The notes beneath the pieces were generated by a model. It was not told where the DNA came from and ran no database searches. It worked only from the letters and a program-made list of their open reading frames with translations. A program made the translations under genes and the position numbers. A stretch of DNA of 63,168 nt, filler included, from Octopus bimaculoides (taxonomy: Eukaryota): NCBI RefSeq assembly GCF_001194135.2. It is 7 parts of 6 records of this genome, joined end to end, with 100 filler letters (N's around TTAATTAATTAA, not from the genome) between each part and the next. Parts side by side here need not be neighbours in the genome. Positions count along the whole stretch, not along the records: positions 10,241 to 20,253 come from NC_068986.1; positions 20,354 to 31,212 come from NC_068995.1; 5 more parts are not named here. One strand, written 5' to 3'. Shown here piece after piece: positions 12,575 through 26,001 of this stretch. Numbering within the stretch: position 1 is the stretch's first letter; each line of letters begins with the position of its first letter.

Positions 12575-13775
12575 AAAAAGGCAAGGTACAGTCCCTAGCA
12601 GGGATAGAATTACCGAATAGAGACTTGATTAAGTAAACTGAAACAGAAGGATGCAAATACCTCGGTGTACTAGAGTGCAACGAGATAATGGAAAAGGAAA
12701 TGAAAGAGCAACTGACGATGGAGTATTTCCGAAGACTGAGTGAGGTTGGTGTTGCTCTCAAAATTGATTGGATGGAATAAAATCCAAGCAGTTAATACGT
12801 GGGCAAAAGAGAGAAATGAAGAAAATGGAAAGCAAGACCAGAAAATGTTGACAGTACACGGAGCCCTCGACCCTAAGAGTGACACCAATAGGCTGTACTT
12901 GTCCAGAAGAAAGAGTGGGACAGGATTGATCAGTTGCCAAGACTGTATTGAAGTAGAGGAAAACAGCTTAGGTTGGTATATAAAAAATGCCGTGGAGCAA
13001 ACTGTTGAAACACACGAAGAATGCCGGCGTCATCAAAACTGAAAATTGTGTAACTAAACAAAAATTTAAACAAGAAATGAACAAAAGAGACAAAGAGAAA
13101 AAAAAAAAGCATAGAAGGAAAAAATATATACGGCTAATTTGCAAGAGATGTGAACGCCAAGACAGATACAGAGGACCGGTGGCTATAGATGAGGAGCAGT
13201 GACCTGAAGATAGAGACAGAAGCACTCATATATGCACAGATCAGGAACAAGTGTTAAGGACGAGTTATATGAAGTGCAGAATTGATAACACTACCGATAG
13301 CGACAAATGCAGAATGTGTGATGAGAGGGGTGAAACGGTATGGCACATCTTTAGCGAATACCCGAAATTGGCACAACGCGAAAACAAACGACGCCATGAC
13401 AATGTGGCAAGAATGATCCACCGGGGGCTCTGTGGAAATCACGGCCTACAAAGAGCAAAGACGTGGTATGAACAGACTCCAGAAGCACCGAAAATGAGAA
13501 TTGCAAAATCTTGTGGGATGTAATGATCCAATGCGATCACCTGACCAGACATTAGAAACCGGACATCGTTGTGGCGAATGAAAAAGAAAGAACATGTATG
13601 ATAATCGATATAGCATTGCCCCGGTGACAACAGGATCAATGTGAAAGAAGAAAAAATTAACAACTATGACGATTTAAAGTGGGAAATACGAAGGTTGTGG
13701 TCAATGAAGAGAGTAGACGTGGTACAAATAGTAATTGGTGCACTTGGAAGTATCAACACTCAACTGCCAACATGG
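12575..13775 (+). mobile_element. R4/Dong-like non-LTR retrotransposon fragment (RT C-terminus, Zn knuckle, restriction-like endonuclease)
   Basis: KYLGVLE, RLYLSRRKSGTGL, CRMC..ETVWHIFSE, KPDIVV...IIDIALPGD, KWEIRRLW..VVQIVIGALG; many stops. Confidence 0.9.
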
Positions 13776-13900
13776 CTGATGAAGGGTCGTTCTTTATGTT
13801 ACTTGTCTTGTTTTCCATTTGTTTCTCTCGTTATTCGCATACCTTTGTCGTATTTCATGTTGTTTACGTTTTGTGATGTCCTGTACCCATATATGAATAT

Positions 13901-14232
13901 AGCGCATGGCTCAATGGTTAGAGCGTCGAGCTTACGATCGTGAGGTTGTGAGTTCGAATCCTGGACCGGGCTGCATGTTGTGCTCTTGAGCAAGACACTT
14001 TATTTCCCGTTGCTCCAGTTCACTCAGCTGTAGAAATGAGTTGCGATGTCACAGGTGCCAAGCTGTATCGGCCTTTGCCTTTCCCTTGGATAACATCAGT
14101 GGCGTAGAGAAGGGAGGCTGGTATGCGTGGACGACTGCTGGTTTTCCATAAACAACCTTGCCCGGACTTGTGCCTGGGAGGGTAACTTTCTAGGTGCAGT
14201 CCCATGGTCAGTCATAACCGAAGGGGGTCTCA
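13901..14232 (+). mobile_element. tRNA-derived SINE (family C)
   Basis: TGGCTCAATGG A box, GAGTTCGAATCC B box and CTTGAGCAAGACACTT central domain; inverted copy at 20806-21122; related heads at about 30597-30850 and 40865-40985. Confidence 0.88.
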
Positions 14233-14749
14233 GCATATGTATGTACATATATGTATGTATGTATATATGTATATATGTATATATGCATATATATATNNNN
14301 NNNNNNNNNNNNNNNNNNNNNNNNNNNNNNNNNNNNNNNNNNNNNNNNNNNNNNNNNNNNNNNNNNNNNNNNNNNNNNNNNNNNNNNNNNNNNNNNNNNN
14401 NNNNNNNNNNNNNNNNNNNNNNNNNNNNNNNNNNNNNNNNNNNNNNNNNNNNNNNNNNNNNNNNATATATAACTGTATACAAACATAATAAACATAAAAC
14501 ATTTTTGTCTCTTTAGTTAATCAGTCTGTCACGTTTTTTTTTTAAAAACTATACTTTAGTAATCTACAGCTGCATTCTGCAACGGTCCTTTATGAGCGTA
14601 CCTAAATACATGTAGCGTTCTCATCCGGTTCTTCCTCGGTAGAGGTTCCTTAGTTGTCCATGAAGTTTTCACTCAGTGGGGTGAGGCGCGGTGGTGAATT
14701 CGAATGGTTGGGGTTATGTGGGTTTTGTGTTTGCTTTGTATTGGTTAGG

Positions 14750-15960
14750 TGTGGTATCCATTGTACTGTGTGAAGGTGTGCTTAACTGTATGCAATCTTC
14801 AACAGATCTATTTACAATCCTCTCTTTCGTCAACAATATAGACAGCGATTATTTGGAACATTGCTGGCATTTTCGGAATAGTGTGTTATAGGCACTGCGT
14901 GTCTAATTACTGACCAGGTCAGTTCGTATTTTACTTTCTCTTCTTTGAGTCGCCAGTGATGTTGCGTGCCGTTTATGGATTTTCCGAAAACTGGTGATGT
15001 GGCTTCGATATCTATTATTGAAAATATTGGCCGATGCACCGATATACACATACGGGCCTCTTCTAGTATTTACGGTGCACTTGTATACCACATTGCGTCT
15101 CTTGCATTGGTTACCCAGATGACATTTCGGTAGGTCTCTGCATGAGCATAAATTGTCAGTTTTCTTGTTTGCGTGTGTGCGGCCAGTACCCATTCATTTG
15201 TGCTCGTCGCTATCCTGTCATTATTTTTATTATTTCTGTCTGTGATGTTATTTGAGTTGTCGTGGATATTATGTGTTGGTTGGTTGCTAAAGTTGTTATT
15301 GCAGTTGCCGTATCTTGGTTGGTTAGTGTTATTGTGACTGTGATGAGTTATGTGGTTGGTATTTTCATTGTCTCTAGGTTTATTATATGAGTCTCCGTCA
15401 ATTTTTGTGGCCCTATTTTCGAAGTTGCTTGCACGCTGTCTCAGTTTCCGATTGTTAATCATATGAATGTGGTGCTCCATGGTTGACGAATTTGCATACG
15501 ACAGTTTTACAGTGTACCGGTTGATCAGCTGGTTGTACGTACTGTTTTTAGGAAAGCAACGATCAAGCGCGGCGAAGAATTGCTTCCCGATCTTGGACGA
15601 GACGTTTGAGCCCCAAATTGCGATGCACCGAACGACATTATGTTTTTTGTATCCCTATAGGTTTATTTGTTCGGGTGTTTGGAGTGGTGTTGCGATTTTG
15701 TGGTATCCTGTGTTTAACGATGCTGATGTGTTGTCCGTTGCTATTTTGCCCTATCTCATCATTGGTTCTCATGTACCTACTTCTGATTGTCCTATTCTTA
15801 TGTTTTGATTTGTTTTTACCCAGGTTTTGAACGTTGTACGTATAGTTTGTTTCGTGTTTGGTGGGGTTATTCTCAGAGCTGTCTGGGTTAATACCATAAT
15901 TATTATTACAACTACCTGTGTATTTGAGGGGCTCCAAAATGCAAAATATTTACTTCACTA
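14750..15960 (-). mobile_element. Penelope-like element fragment (RT thumb plus GIY-YIG endonuclease, Naiad-like motifs)
   Basis: SKIGKQFFAALDRCFPKNS..NQLINRYTVKLSY; CSCRDLPKCHLGNQC..VVYKC...YIG...NRYRSHITSFR; WSVI; CLYC; frameshifted. Confidence 0.88.
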
Positions 15961-16189
15961 TATTCAGAACAATTTTCTTTCTGTTATAGCTTCACTTATT
16001 AAAGAAATAGCGCAAAAAGTCAGACTCTTTGTAGTATTAAAGGATGACACAAAGAATATTTTGAAAAATGAAGAATTTGTCAGATATCACAGTAGCTTCA
16101 GCGTTTGATGTTGCATCATTTCTGAAGTTCATATTCTTAGTGTTAGACTCTGTTGGTCTTGATGCCTAGTTAAATGTCATTATGAGGAT

Positions 16190-17320
16190 GTCTCGAAATA
16201 TGGTGATGTTATGAACGGAAAACTCACTGGTGTTCAAAGCTGTGCGCCGTTGTTCTATTTGGAGTCCATGTTTATTGACACACCCACTGGCTCAACCTGA
16301 TGGTATCGAACTGCGTAAAAAATAGAAAGGATGCTGGAAAATGTTTCGCCTTATTACAACAAGACTATGTTCGCTCCACTGTGCAATAGTTGTCAAGCAG
16401 TTACAGGAAAAGAAAAAAGGCAGACAATCGGTAGAGCTAACAAGCTTGTACGATACATGTCGGATCGATCCAGCGTACATCATGTTATGTTGCGCATTGT
16501 TCGAATTCATTTAGTTTGAACGGTCTATTGTATTTCATTGAAGCTGACAAATTATTGGAGAACAAAATGATGGTAAGTCGCTTTTATCACTTAAGTCCTC
16601 GTCCTCTTTGAACAATTTCATTACAGAACGAACCTTTGACAAATATGCTGAATCTTCACTGGTTGTGATTGCAGCAAACGAATTGATATTAGTTGCATTG
16701 AGGATCTTGCTGCTAAATGAAGCAACGAAGGTTTGTGACATAGTTGTAGGCCACTGACCACAAAAGTTATTAGAGACGACCGACTGATTTGTGAGAAGCT
16801 AAAATGGCAAAACAAATTGGTACGACAATTCGAGGACTTACAAGTCAGCGAGGTTGTTGGAAGCCAGCCGACATGGAATAAAGATCTTATCATGAATTTC
16901 ATGGTGAAAACTTTTTGTTTTAGATGGGGTTTATTGAGAGTTCCAACTATGATTTTCGAAAGAAAACTCTAGTATTATGAAAAGGTTTTCCCATTTCAAT
17001 CCTCCAATTGACCAATTCTTCAACAATTATCTATTCATATTCATAGCAGAGACATATCAGCTGAAGTTGATCGACCTGAGGATAGAGTGTCATGGTGGGA
17101 AACATTTCATCAAAAGGAAATAAGGCATTTTAGATTCACAAACTGAACTGCTTGTGATTTTGCATTCATACAGGAATACCTTCTTTGAATTGTTGAAACT
17201 TTTACAATATACTCTGAAGCTACCTGTAATTGAGGGTGGAATCACATGGCAGACTACAGAATGGCTAATTTTAAGCAGAGCTGCTATGAGTAAACGATGT
17301 GCTGAAGACTTAGATATTTG
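16190..17320 (+). mobile_element. Heavily decayed hAT (ZMYM1-like) transposase remnant
   Basis: Frame-hopping matches to hAT motifs: VMNGKLTGVQ, LNLMVSNCVKN, SKRIDISC and hATC-like FFELLKLLQYTLKLPV...RAAMS. No TIRs found. Confidence 0.5.
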
Positions 17321-17397
17321 TAGGCGCAAGCGTGGCTGTGTGGTAAGAAGTTTGCTTCCCAACCACATGGTTCCGGATTCGGTCCCATATATATATG

Positions 17398-17457
<60 letters not shown>

Positions 17458-17705
17458 TGCATGTATGTGTGTGTGTATCTTTGTCTCTGTGCTTGTCCCC
17501 CATCACAGCTTGACAACCGGTGTTGGTGTTTTTACGTCCCCGTAACTTAGTGGTTCGGCAAAAGAAACTGATAGAATAAGGACTAGGCTTAAAGAATAAG
17601 TCCTAGGGTCGATTTGTTCGACTGAAATCCTTGAAGGTGGTGCTCCAGCATGGCCGTAGTCAAATGAGGGAAACAAATAAAAAAATTAAAAGAATAAAAA
17701 ATTAA
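17321..17705 (+). mobile_element. Family A SINE copy with internal deletion
   Basis: The head joins directly to the microsatellite; 3' half intact. Confidence 0.88.
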
Positions 17706-18329
17706 AGACATCGTACTTCGTTTCACGGCAAAAATCCACACTGCTATGAAGTTAGTGTAATAGGACACTGGCAGCATTCATGTCTTATTCATTTTGTTTA
17801 ACATAACATTGCAATTGCACAATGAAATAACTTTAAATTTGTTTCATTGCGTATGACAACACATGTTACTTATATTAAAACTTTGTCTCGCCATCATAGT
17901 TCCTTGATCGAACATGCCCGGGCTGTTGCAAGACTTCGGGCTCCACCGCTGCGTCAAGTTATATACTGACTTTGATGTTAAACATTAATGTTACTAATGG
18001 ATTAGTTTAAGATTTTACGCATATTACTTTCTATATAAAACCTTTTTTGTCAACTTGAAGAGCTAACAACAACAATAAACTCACCCGGTATGGGCCACTC
18101 CCACTGCACCCAGCTTTATGATATCAGTGTAGATACACACCTTTGGCACAAATGCACAGATGTGAACATATGAATTCATATGAAACTAGGTACACGTATG
18201 CATGCGTGCACATACATACAGATATATACATCCGCGTAACCACAGGCTTATACGTAAGTCAATAAAATTGCTTGTCTCAGATTTGTTTTGATGCAACCGT
18301 ATAGACACAGATACATACATACATACATA

Positions 18330-19150
18330 CATACATAGTAAACAAAATCAAAACAACAAAGAGAATACCATCAAGGCTTTTGAAGACAAAGAAAAAGCTG
18401 ATTTACGGAAGACTATCAGCCATATGATGATACTTACTACGAGCAAACATGCAAATCACTATATGACTCACCAACAAAAAATGAAGAAGGAGAGAGAGAT
18501 GATGTTTAGAGACACCCACTTGCAAACTGATTGCCCTCAAGCAGGAGCTAAAAGCTGTCAGTGAGAAACTCCGATATCAGAAGAGAATAACCGAGAGAAA
18601 AACAATAAATAAAAAATTTAACCAGAACCAGGCAGCAATATACAGAGACATGTGAGGAAGGCGGTGAACATCACGGAAGCTCCTTCACGAGAACATATAG
18701 ACTCCTTCTGGAGGATAATCTGGAGTGAAGAGAAGGCGTTTAACCAAAATGCTTTGTGACTTGAAGAAATATGAAGTAATTGCCCTTGCATTACATCCAA
18801 GACATACAGCATTGATGGTGATATCCTTGTAACTGTGATCCAGAAACTTCAGGATAGAAAAGCACCTAGAAGAGACTTGATTGTTGGATATTGGTACAAG
18901 AAGCTAACCTTCTACTCACCATATCTTATCAATCTGTACCAGCAAGCTCTCAATGGGAACAGTAGCATACTACACTGATTAGCTCTGACAGAGACAAAAT
19001 TGATCCCCAAATGCAGAAACAACCACATAGTAAAAAACTACCGGCCAATTGTATACCAGAACTTGATGTATAAGATATATACAGTATGCTTAAACCTTTT
19101 CCCCCAAGACCTTTGGGATGAACACAACACCTCTTGTATTCATAGGACTT
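18330..19150 (+). mobile_element. Decayed RLE-type (R4-like) LINE fragment at the RT N-terminal region
   Basis: FWRIIWS, RKAP..DLIVGYWYKKL and KNYRPI...NLMYKIYT motifs across broken frames. Confidence 0.7.
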
Positions 19151-19481
19151 AATTTGTATTCTCAAAATATTAATATGATATTATTTAATTACTTATTTTA
19201 TTGCTTGCATTTCATTCTAACCCATTTGACTACATATTTAACCTTTTTCCCTTTTACTACATTAAGCTCCACTTTAAAATCAACATACTTTTAACCCATG
19301 CTTTATGTATGGACATATATTTTCCCCTTACATTAATATTCATATATATCTTGCCCTTGCATTAATATTCATGTGTATTTTATATATTAACTTATTTATC
19401 CCTTTCCTACAAACTACATTGAATTTAATTAAATTCTATGATCAACCCAATTATCTAACTTTTACCAGGTGTTCATCTATG

Positions 19482-19528
<47 letters not shown>

Positions 19529-20139
19529 NNNNNNNNNNACCCGGTTCACCAGTCGCCAGTCAAATCATCCAACCCATGCTAGCATGGAAAGCGGACGTTA
19601 AACGATGATGATGATATATGTATCTGTGTCTATATATGTGTATGTTACATGGATTTATGATCTCTAGTCTCTATTTCTTTTTAATATCAATTAACGTAAT
19701 TATTTACCTGTAATAAGTTCTTAATTCAGGATATATTATTAATTTATCAGATATATGTTCTTAATTCCACATATATTATGTAAAATACTTTTGGGTTTTA
19801 ACCAGGTTTAATTCCTAATTATTTATCTCTTTTCCTAATCTACATTGATAATAATATTTTTATTCAACAAAATTTCTCCTTCTTATTTTTCTTACAATAT
19901 ATTATATTATACCATGCATTTATCCCTGTAATGTATTATTAGTACATCCTTTCAATAGTATATTAATTCTTTGTTAGGTTTAAGATTAACTGTTTTATTT
20001 TATTATGTTGTATTTTTTGTTTTATTTGATCTAATTTACTTAACTTATTCTTTCATCGTTTATAATCTTTGTATAAAATTATATTTTGCATGTAAATTGA
20101 TCTACTAAATTAAATGCATGTTATGTCATATATACATAC

Positions 20140-20187
<48 letters not shown>

Positions 20188-21376
20188 AAAATTTAAAAAA
20201 GAGCTTTGACGCTAATACCCATATATATTAAAGTTTATTACCTATGTAAGCATNNNNNNNNNNNNNNNNNNNNNNNNNNNNNNNNNNNNNNNNNNNNTTA
20301 ATTAATTAANNNNNNNNNNNNNNNNNNNNNNNNNNNNNNNNNNNNNNNNNNNNAGAAAAAAAAATAAAGAAATCAATTATTTTATTTCCCATAGCAACAA
20401 TCTTTTTCTCCCTGTATTATTGTAGTTATTTGCTGTTTTTTTAAATATTTTAATGTTTTTTTTTCCGTGTTTGTTCAGTCTGACATTTGATTTAACTCAA
20501 TCAATCAACATATATTTATTTTAACACAAATTTAGTAGTAAACAGTCAGCTGCTCAACTCTTTTTGTAGCTGTGGGTATCCATCAATGGGGGAAGGTTGG
20601 GTCAGTTCTGTTGATTTGTTTTTGGAGTGGAACAAGAAATTCTGGTGTTTATGCTTATTCCTTATTAGCAGCATTAACAAGCCAGAGCTATTGAACCAAT
20701 GAAGAAGGCAGCATGCTAGAAATGCCAGTTAAATCTACTTAGACTCTATCATCTTAAAAATGGTGTCAGTCAAACTGAATAATGTAATCCTAAAAATGAA
20801 GGGTAAAACCCCCTTCAATCGCAAACTACCATGGGATTGCAATTAGAAAGTTCCCCTCTGAGGCACAAGTTTGGGAAAAGTTGTTTATGGAAGACCAGTA
20901 GTCATCCATGCATACCAGACCCCGCTCTCCATGCCACCGATGTTAACGGAGGGAAAGGCAAAGGCTGATAGAGCTTGGCACCAGTGACATCACAACTCAT
21001 TTCTACAGCTGAGTGAACTGGAGCAATGTGAAATAAAGTGTCTTGCTCAAGAACACAACACACAGCCTAGTCTGAGAATCAAACTCACTACCTCTAACCA
21101 CTACCTCTAACCACTGAGCCATCTCTCTTCACCAATCGGAGAAATACTCTTGTAAAAATAGGATAGGATTATCATGATGAATATAGTAGAAATAATAGCC
21201 ATAACTGAAATACTCTTACTTTGCACCATTCAATTTTGTCCTAGATCTTTGTGTCTAAAACAATTAACAAGATGGACATAGCTGAAACAGTTTTGCTCAT
21301 AGGTTTGCTCCGTCAACACTGATCTGGTGGTGGTGGTAAGGAGGAGGGAGTTAAGCATCAAGAACAACAACATAAT

Positions 21377-21427
<51 letters not shown>

Positions 21428-22221
21428 ATGTCTGTTATCCATGCTGCATGGATTGGATGGTTAGACAAGAGTTTGGCAAGGTAGTGGACTGCACCAAGCT
21501 CCAGTGTTTACTTGGATTAGGTTTCTACACCCAGCTTCCCTCCCTAATGCCTACCACTTGACCGAGTATACTGAGTGTTTGTTTTACATGGCACTGGCCC
21601 CTGTGGAGTCACTGAGTAACTTGCATGACAAGATCCCCTTGATTGAGGGATGTGGCTTTATGACAGGTGATGAGAGGTTAATGTGCCATAGAGGGACAGA
21701 AACAGCTGTCTTGCTATAGGAGAGATACATGGTGACTCTACTAATAAAAGTGTCCCTTAATCAAAGATGAAATGCATCACAGCACTTCTCAGTGCCCCTT
21801 CTTTGAAATTTTCTGTAAAATCATTGAAACTTTTGCTTAATACAGATAGATCTGTGTTGATCAAAGATAAGAAACACGACGACTTAATTTTTTTATCCCT
21901 CCACTCTTGTAAGGAATCGTGTAAAGCAAGAATCACAAAATTGCATCTGCTGTGTTTGCTTGCTTTGGCAATTGAATGAATTAACTTGTGATTGCTGTTG
22001 CTGTATAGCTTCCCAGATCAGTCCTAATTCAGTAGACCGAGTCTTCATAAGCTGCTGGCCGAATAGCGATAGGTTTAGTTGTGTGTTTAAAAAATTAGTT
22101 TTGCAAGCGTTTACTTCCACATTCAATTTCGCTGTGAGGTACTGTGAAGCATGTGTCTACTGCCATAGACTCAGTTAACTAATACTGTTTGTAAGCAGCT
22201 TGATTTTTTGGAAAATGTGCG

Positions 22222-22650
22222 GTGCAGGCATGGCTGTGTAGTAAAAAGCTTGCTTCCCAACTACATGGTTTTGGGTTCAGTCCCATTGTATGGAACATTG
22301 GGCGAGTGTCTTCTACTATAGCCTTGAGCTGAACCAAAGCCTTGTAAGTGGATTTAGTGGACAGACATTGATTGAAGCCCTTTGTAAGCCAAGTGAAATT
22401 GCAGTTGTAGCCAGTGCTGGTGTCACATAACTGGCACCTGTGCCAATTGTATATAACAGCACCTGTGCTGGTGGCACTTAACTAGCGTCCATTATACTCT
22501 TGGAGTAGTTGGTGTTAGGAAGAGCATCTGGACGTAGAAACCATGCCAGGTCAGATTGAAACCTGATGCAGCTCTCTAGCTTACCAGTTCCAGTCAAACA
22601 ATCTAACACATGCCTGCATGGAAAGCAGACACTAAATAATGATGATGATA
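22222..22650 (+). mobile_element. Chimeric element: family A SINE head plus RTE 3' UTR and (GAT)n tail
   Basis: The head runs to ...GAAGCCC, then continues as GTAAGCCAAGTGA (the RTE ORF end) and the RTE UTR. Confidence 0.75.
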
Positions 22651-22659
22651 ATATATATC

Positions 22660-22810
22660 ATCATCATCATCATCATCGTTTAACGTCCGCTTTCCATGCT
22701 AGCATGGGTTGGATGATTTGACTGAGGACTGGTGAAACTGGATGGCAACACCAAGCTCCAATCTAATTTGGCAGAGTTTCTACAGCTGGATGCCCTTCCT
22801 AACGCCAACC
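22660..22810 (-). mobile_element. RTE-type 3' tail (family F)
   Basis: (CAT)n-CGTTTAACGTCCGCTTTCCATGCTAGCATGGG...; further copies at 19540-19615(+), 21380-21720(-) and 60780-61050(+). Confidence 0.85.
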
Positions 22811-24166
22811 AGTTGTAGAAACTCTGCCANNNNNNNNNNNNNNNNNNNNNNNNNNNNNNNNNNNNNNNNNNNNNNNNNNNNNNNNNNNNNNNNNNNNNNN
22901 NNNNNNNNNNNNNNNNNNNNNNNNNNNNNNNNNNNNNNNNNNNNNNNNNNNNNNNNNNNNNNNNNNNNNNNNNNNNNNNNNNNNNNNNNNNNNNNNNNNN
23001 NNNNNNNNNNNNNNNNNNNNNNNNNNNNNNNNNNNNNNNNNNNNNNNNNNNNNNNNNNNNNNNNNNNNNNNNNNNNNNNNNNNNNNNNNNNNNNNNNNNN
23101 NNNNNNNNNNNNNNNNNNNNNNNNNNNNNNNNNNNNNNNNNNNNNNNNNNNNNNNNNNNNNNNNNNNNNNNNNNNNNNNNNNNNNNNNNNNNNNNNNNNN
23201 NNNNNNNNNNNNNNNNNNNNNNNNNNNNNNNNNNNNNNNNNNNNNNNNNNNNNNNNNNNNNNNNNNNNNNNNNNNNNNNNNNNNNNNNNNNNNNNNNNNN
23301 NNNNNNNNNNNNNNNNNNNNNNNNNNNNNNNNNNNNNNNNNNNNNNNNNNNNNNNNNNNNNNNNNNNNNNNNNNNNNNNNNNNNNNNNNNNNNNNNNNNN
23401 NNNNNNNNNNNNNNNNNNNNNNNNNNNNNNNNNNNNNNNNNNNNNNNNNNNNNNNNNNNNNNNNNNNNNNNNNNNNNNNNNNNNNNNNNNNNNNNNNNNN
23501 NNNNNNNNNNNNNNNNNNNNNNNNNNNNNNNNNNNNNNNNNNNNNNNNNNNNNNNNNNNNNNNNNNNNNNNNNNNNNNNNNNNNNNNNNNNNNNNNNNNN
23601 NNNNNNNNNNNNNNNNNNNNNNNNNNNNNNNNNNNNNNNNNNNNNNNNNNNNNNNNNNNNNNNNNNNNNNNNNNNNNNNNNNNNNNNNNNNNNNNNNNNN
23701 NNNNNNNNNNNNNNNNNNNNNNNNNNNNNNNNNNNNNTATATATATATATATATGTATACATACTACCTTCTTTCAGTTTCTGTCTACCAAATCCATTCT
23801 CAAAGTTTTGGTTGGCCTGGAGCTATAGAAGAAAATAAGTCCCCAAGGTGCCATGCAGTAGGACTGATCCCAGAACCATGTGGTTGAGAAGCAAACTCCC
23901 CATCACACATCCATTCTTGAACCTATATATATATATATATATATATATCTACATATGCTTGTAGTGGTGACAAGGACACCTCTAAGAGGTCACTGATAAT
24001 ACCTGAGAGAGCAGCTAAATCTCTATCAATTTGGACACTACTATTTAAAAACAAGAAGGTTTGAATATACTGAATAACATATTCCTCTGTCTACATAACA
24101 GTTATTTGCATATTAATTCTTAACTAGTATAGGCAGTTTCTGATCTAAAATATCATTTTGTTGAAG

Positions 24167-24662
24167 CTCAGAGTTCTGACTATTTCTGGTCAACAAGATA
24201 TAACATGTCAAAACCCCAATGTCCCAGAATGCTGTGCACCAATGAAATGAATGTGTTGAACATACTGTTGTTATAAAAGGGAAAAGTTAATCTCCTTTGA
24301 CATACAATAAAGTCACAAGTATATTTTGTGACTGAACCTGCTTAGATGGATTAAGAATGAATGTGCAAATAATCATTTCATATCTTGCTCTATGTGGTGC
24401 AGGTTACATTTTTGTTACTGGTTGGCAGATGTAAGCATTAATCAGCAAGCAGGTTGCTCACTGAAGGAAAAAATAAGGCCACTGGCTTTACCTGGGCTCA
24501 CAGTCCTGTTCTGGCTGACGAGATACAATATGTTGAAACCCCAGTGTCCCAGAATGTTGTGTGCTAACGAGCTGACTGTGTTGAACCTACTGTTGTCATA
24601 AAAAGGAAACGTTATTCTCCTATGACATGCAGTACAGTGATCATTCTATTTTGAGTCTGAAT
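24167..24662 (-). pseudogene. Tandem pair of diverged exon-like units (about 24167-24337 and 24492-24662)
   Basis: Conserved CAG acceptors; RR[LI]TFPFY...H.ILGHWGF..LYLV in both copies with 9 synonymous differences; each copy has a stop. Confidence 0.5.
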
Positions 24663-25966
24663 CTGCATAGATAGGTTAAGAATAAATATGCAAAATATTC
24701 TTTCTACTCTAGGCACAAGGCCCGAAATTTGATTGACCCCAGTACACAGCTGGTACTTAATTTTTTAACCCCAAAAGGATGAAAGGTAAAGTTGATCACG
24801 GTGGAATTTGAACTCAGAACATAAAGGCAGACGAAATACTGCTAAGCAAAGTACTCAATACAAATAATGAATTTTATTTTTCTCTTTTGCATTCTACATA
24901 ATATCTCAGAAAAGAAGAGAGAATGTCACAAAGCCCAAACATCAGTCTGGTATTAAAAATTCCCCAAAGAAAACCATATATTTACAGTAGATTATTGTTG
25001 AATTGACCCCAAAATCCTCATCTGGATCATGTCATCAGTTTAATGTTAAGCAAGTATGTCTGAATATACAGTACTTTGACTACTTCCGGGGCCATGTTAT
25101 TCTCCTTACTTTATTTCTACTTCTGTGTAGCCTGAGATTATCCCTCATGAAGTAGGTCTCTGCTCATATGTACTTCAACTCTGATACCTCTCAATTTTTA
25201 TTTCTATTAGTCATATGACTGCTGTCATCCTGGGGCACTGCCTTGATGGGTTTTAGCCAACCAAACTGAGCCCTGAGTGCTTATTTTTAAGTGAGGTTCC
25301 TACTGCTAAGTTATAAGTTAACATTGGTTTTCAAACAATGGTGTGAGATAAACACAGGCACTAAGGTATATTCACACATGCACGCACGTGTGTTTATATG
25401 TGTACCACAGGTTTCTACACAGTTTTCAGCTACTCCATTCTTTCACAAGGAATTGGCTGGCATGGTGCTATAATAGAAGACACTCGCCCGAGGTGCTGTG
25501 TAGTAAGACTGAACCTGAAACCTGCAATGCAAACTTCCTAATTACACAGTCATGTCTGTACTGATATCTTGTTTCCTTTTCTGTTTTTAAAAATTTTCTA
25601 CTGTGAACTGGGATTTCTGGAAAACTTGGTCCTTTGTTGTGGTGGGTGTAGTGACCACATAGAAGTTCCTGTAGTTGCTTATGCAGAGCACTGTGTGTGT
25701 GTGTGTGGTGGGGTCATGTTGAATTTGTTTTGGTTACTCAGTACAATTCTTTGTAAGAGTGGATTCTTTAATGATGGCCACAGCAGATATGCATTACTGA
25801 GGAAATATCGGAAATATTCACACAATCTGTTCAATGCAGCAGCCATATCTCTCTTGAATATCTCCATTCTGTCAACCAAATAGGAACCATATGCAACAAC
25901 AGAATTAAGTTAATGGAGCTTCTAGACATTTACTGTTTGTTGCAGTCTATATTTTATCTGCACCCA

Positions 25967-26001
<35 letters not shown>

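Noticed and set aside
13901-13975. tRNA gene
   Set aside because: A and B boxes are present, but the anticodon and acceptor stems do not pair and the sequence continues into a SINE body.
14570-14640. Hammerhead at the 3' end of the 15-kb Penelope-like copy (minus strand CGGATGAG...CTC-ATAAA)
   Set aside because: Both core motifs are mutated; at most a decayed relic.
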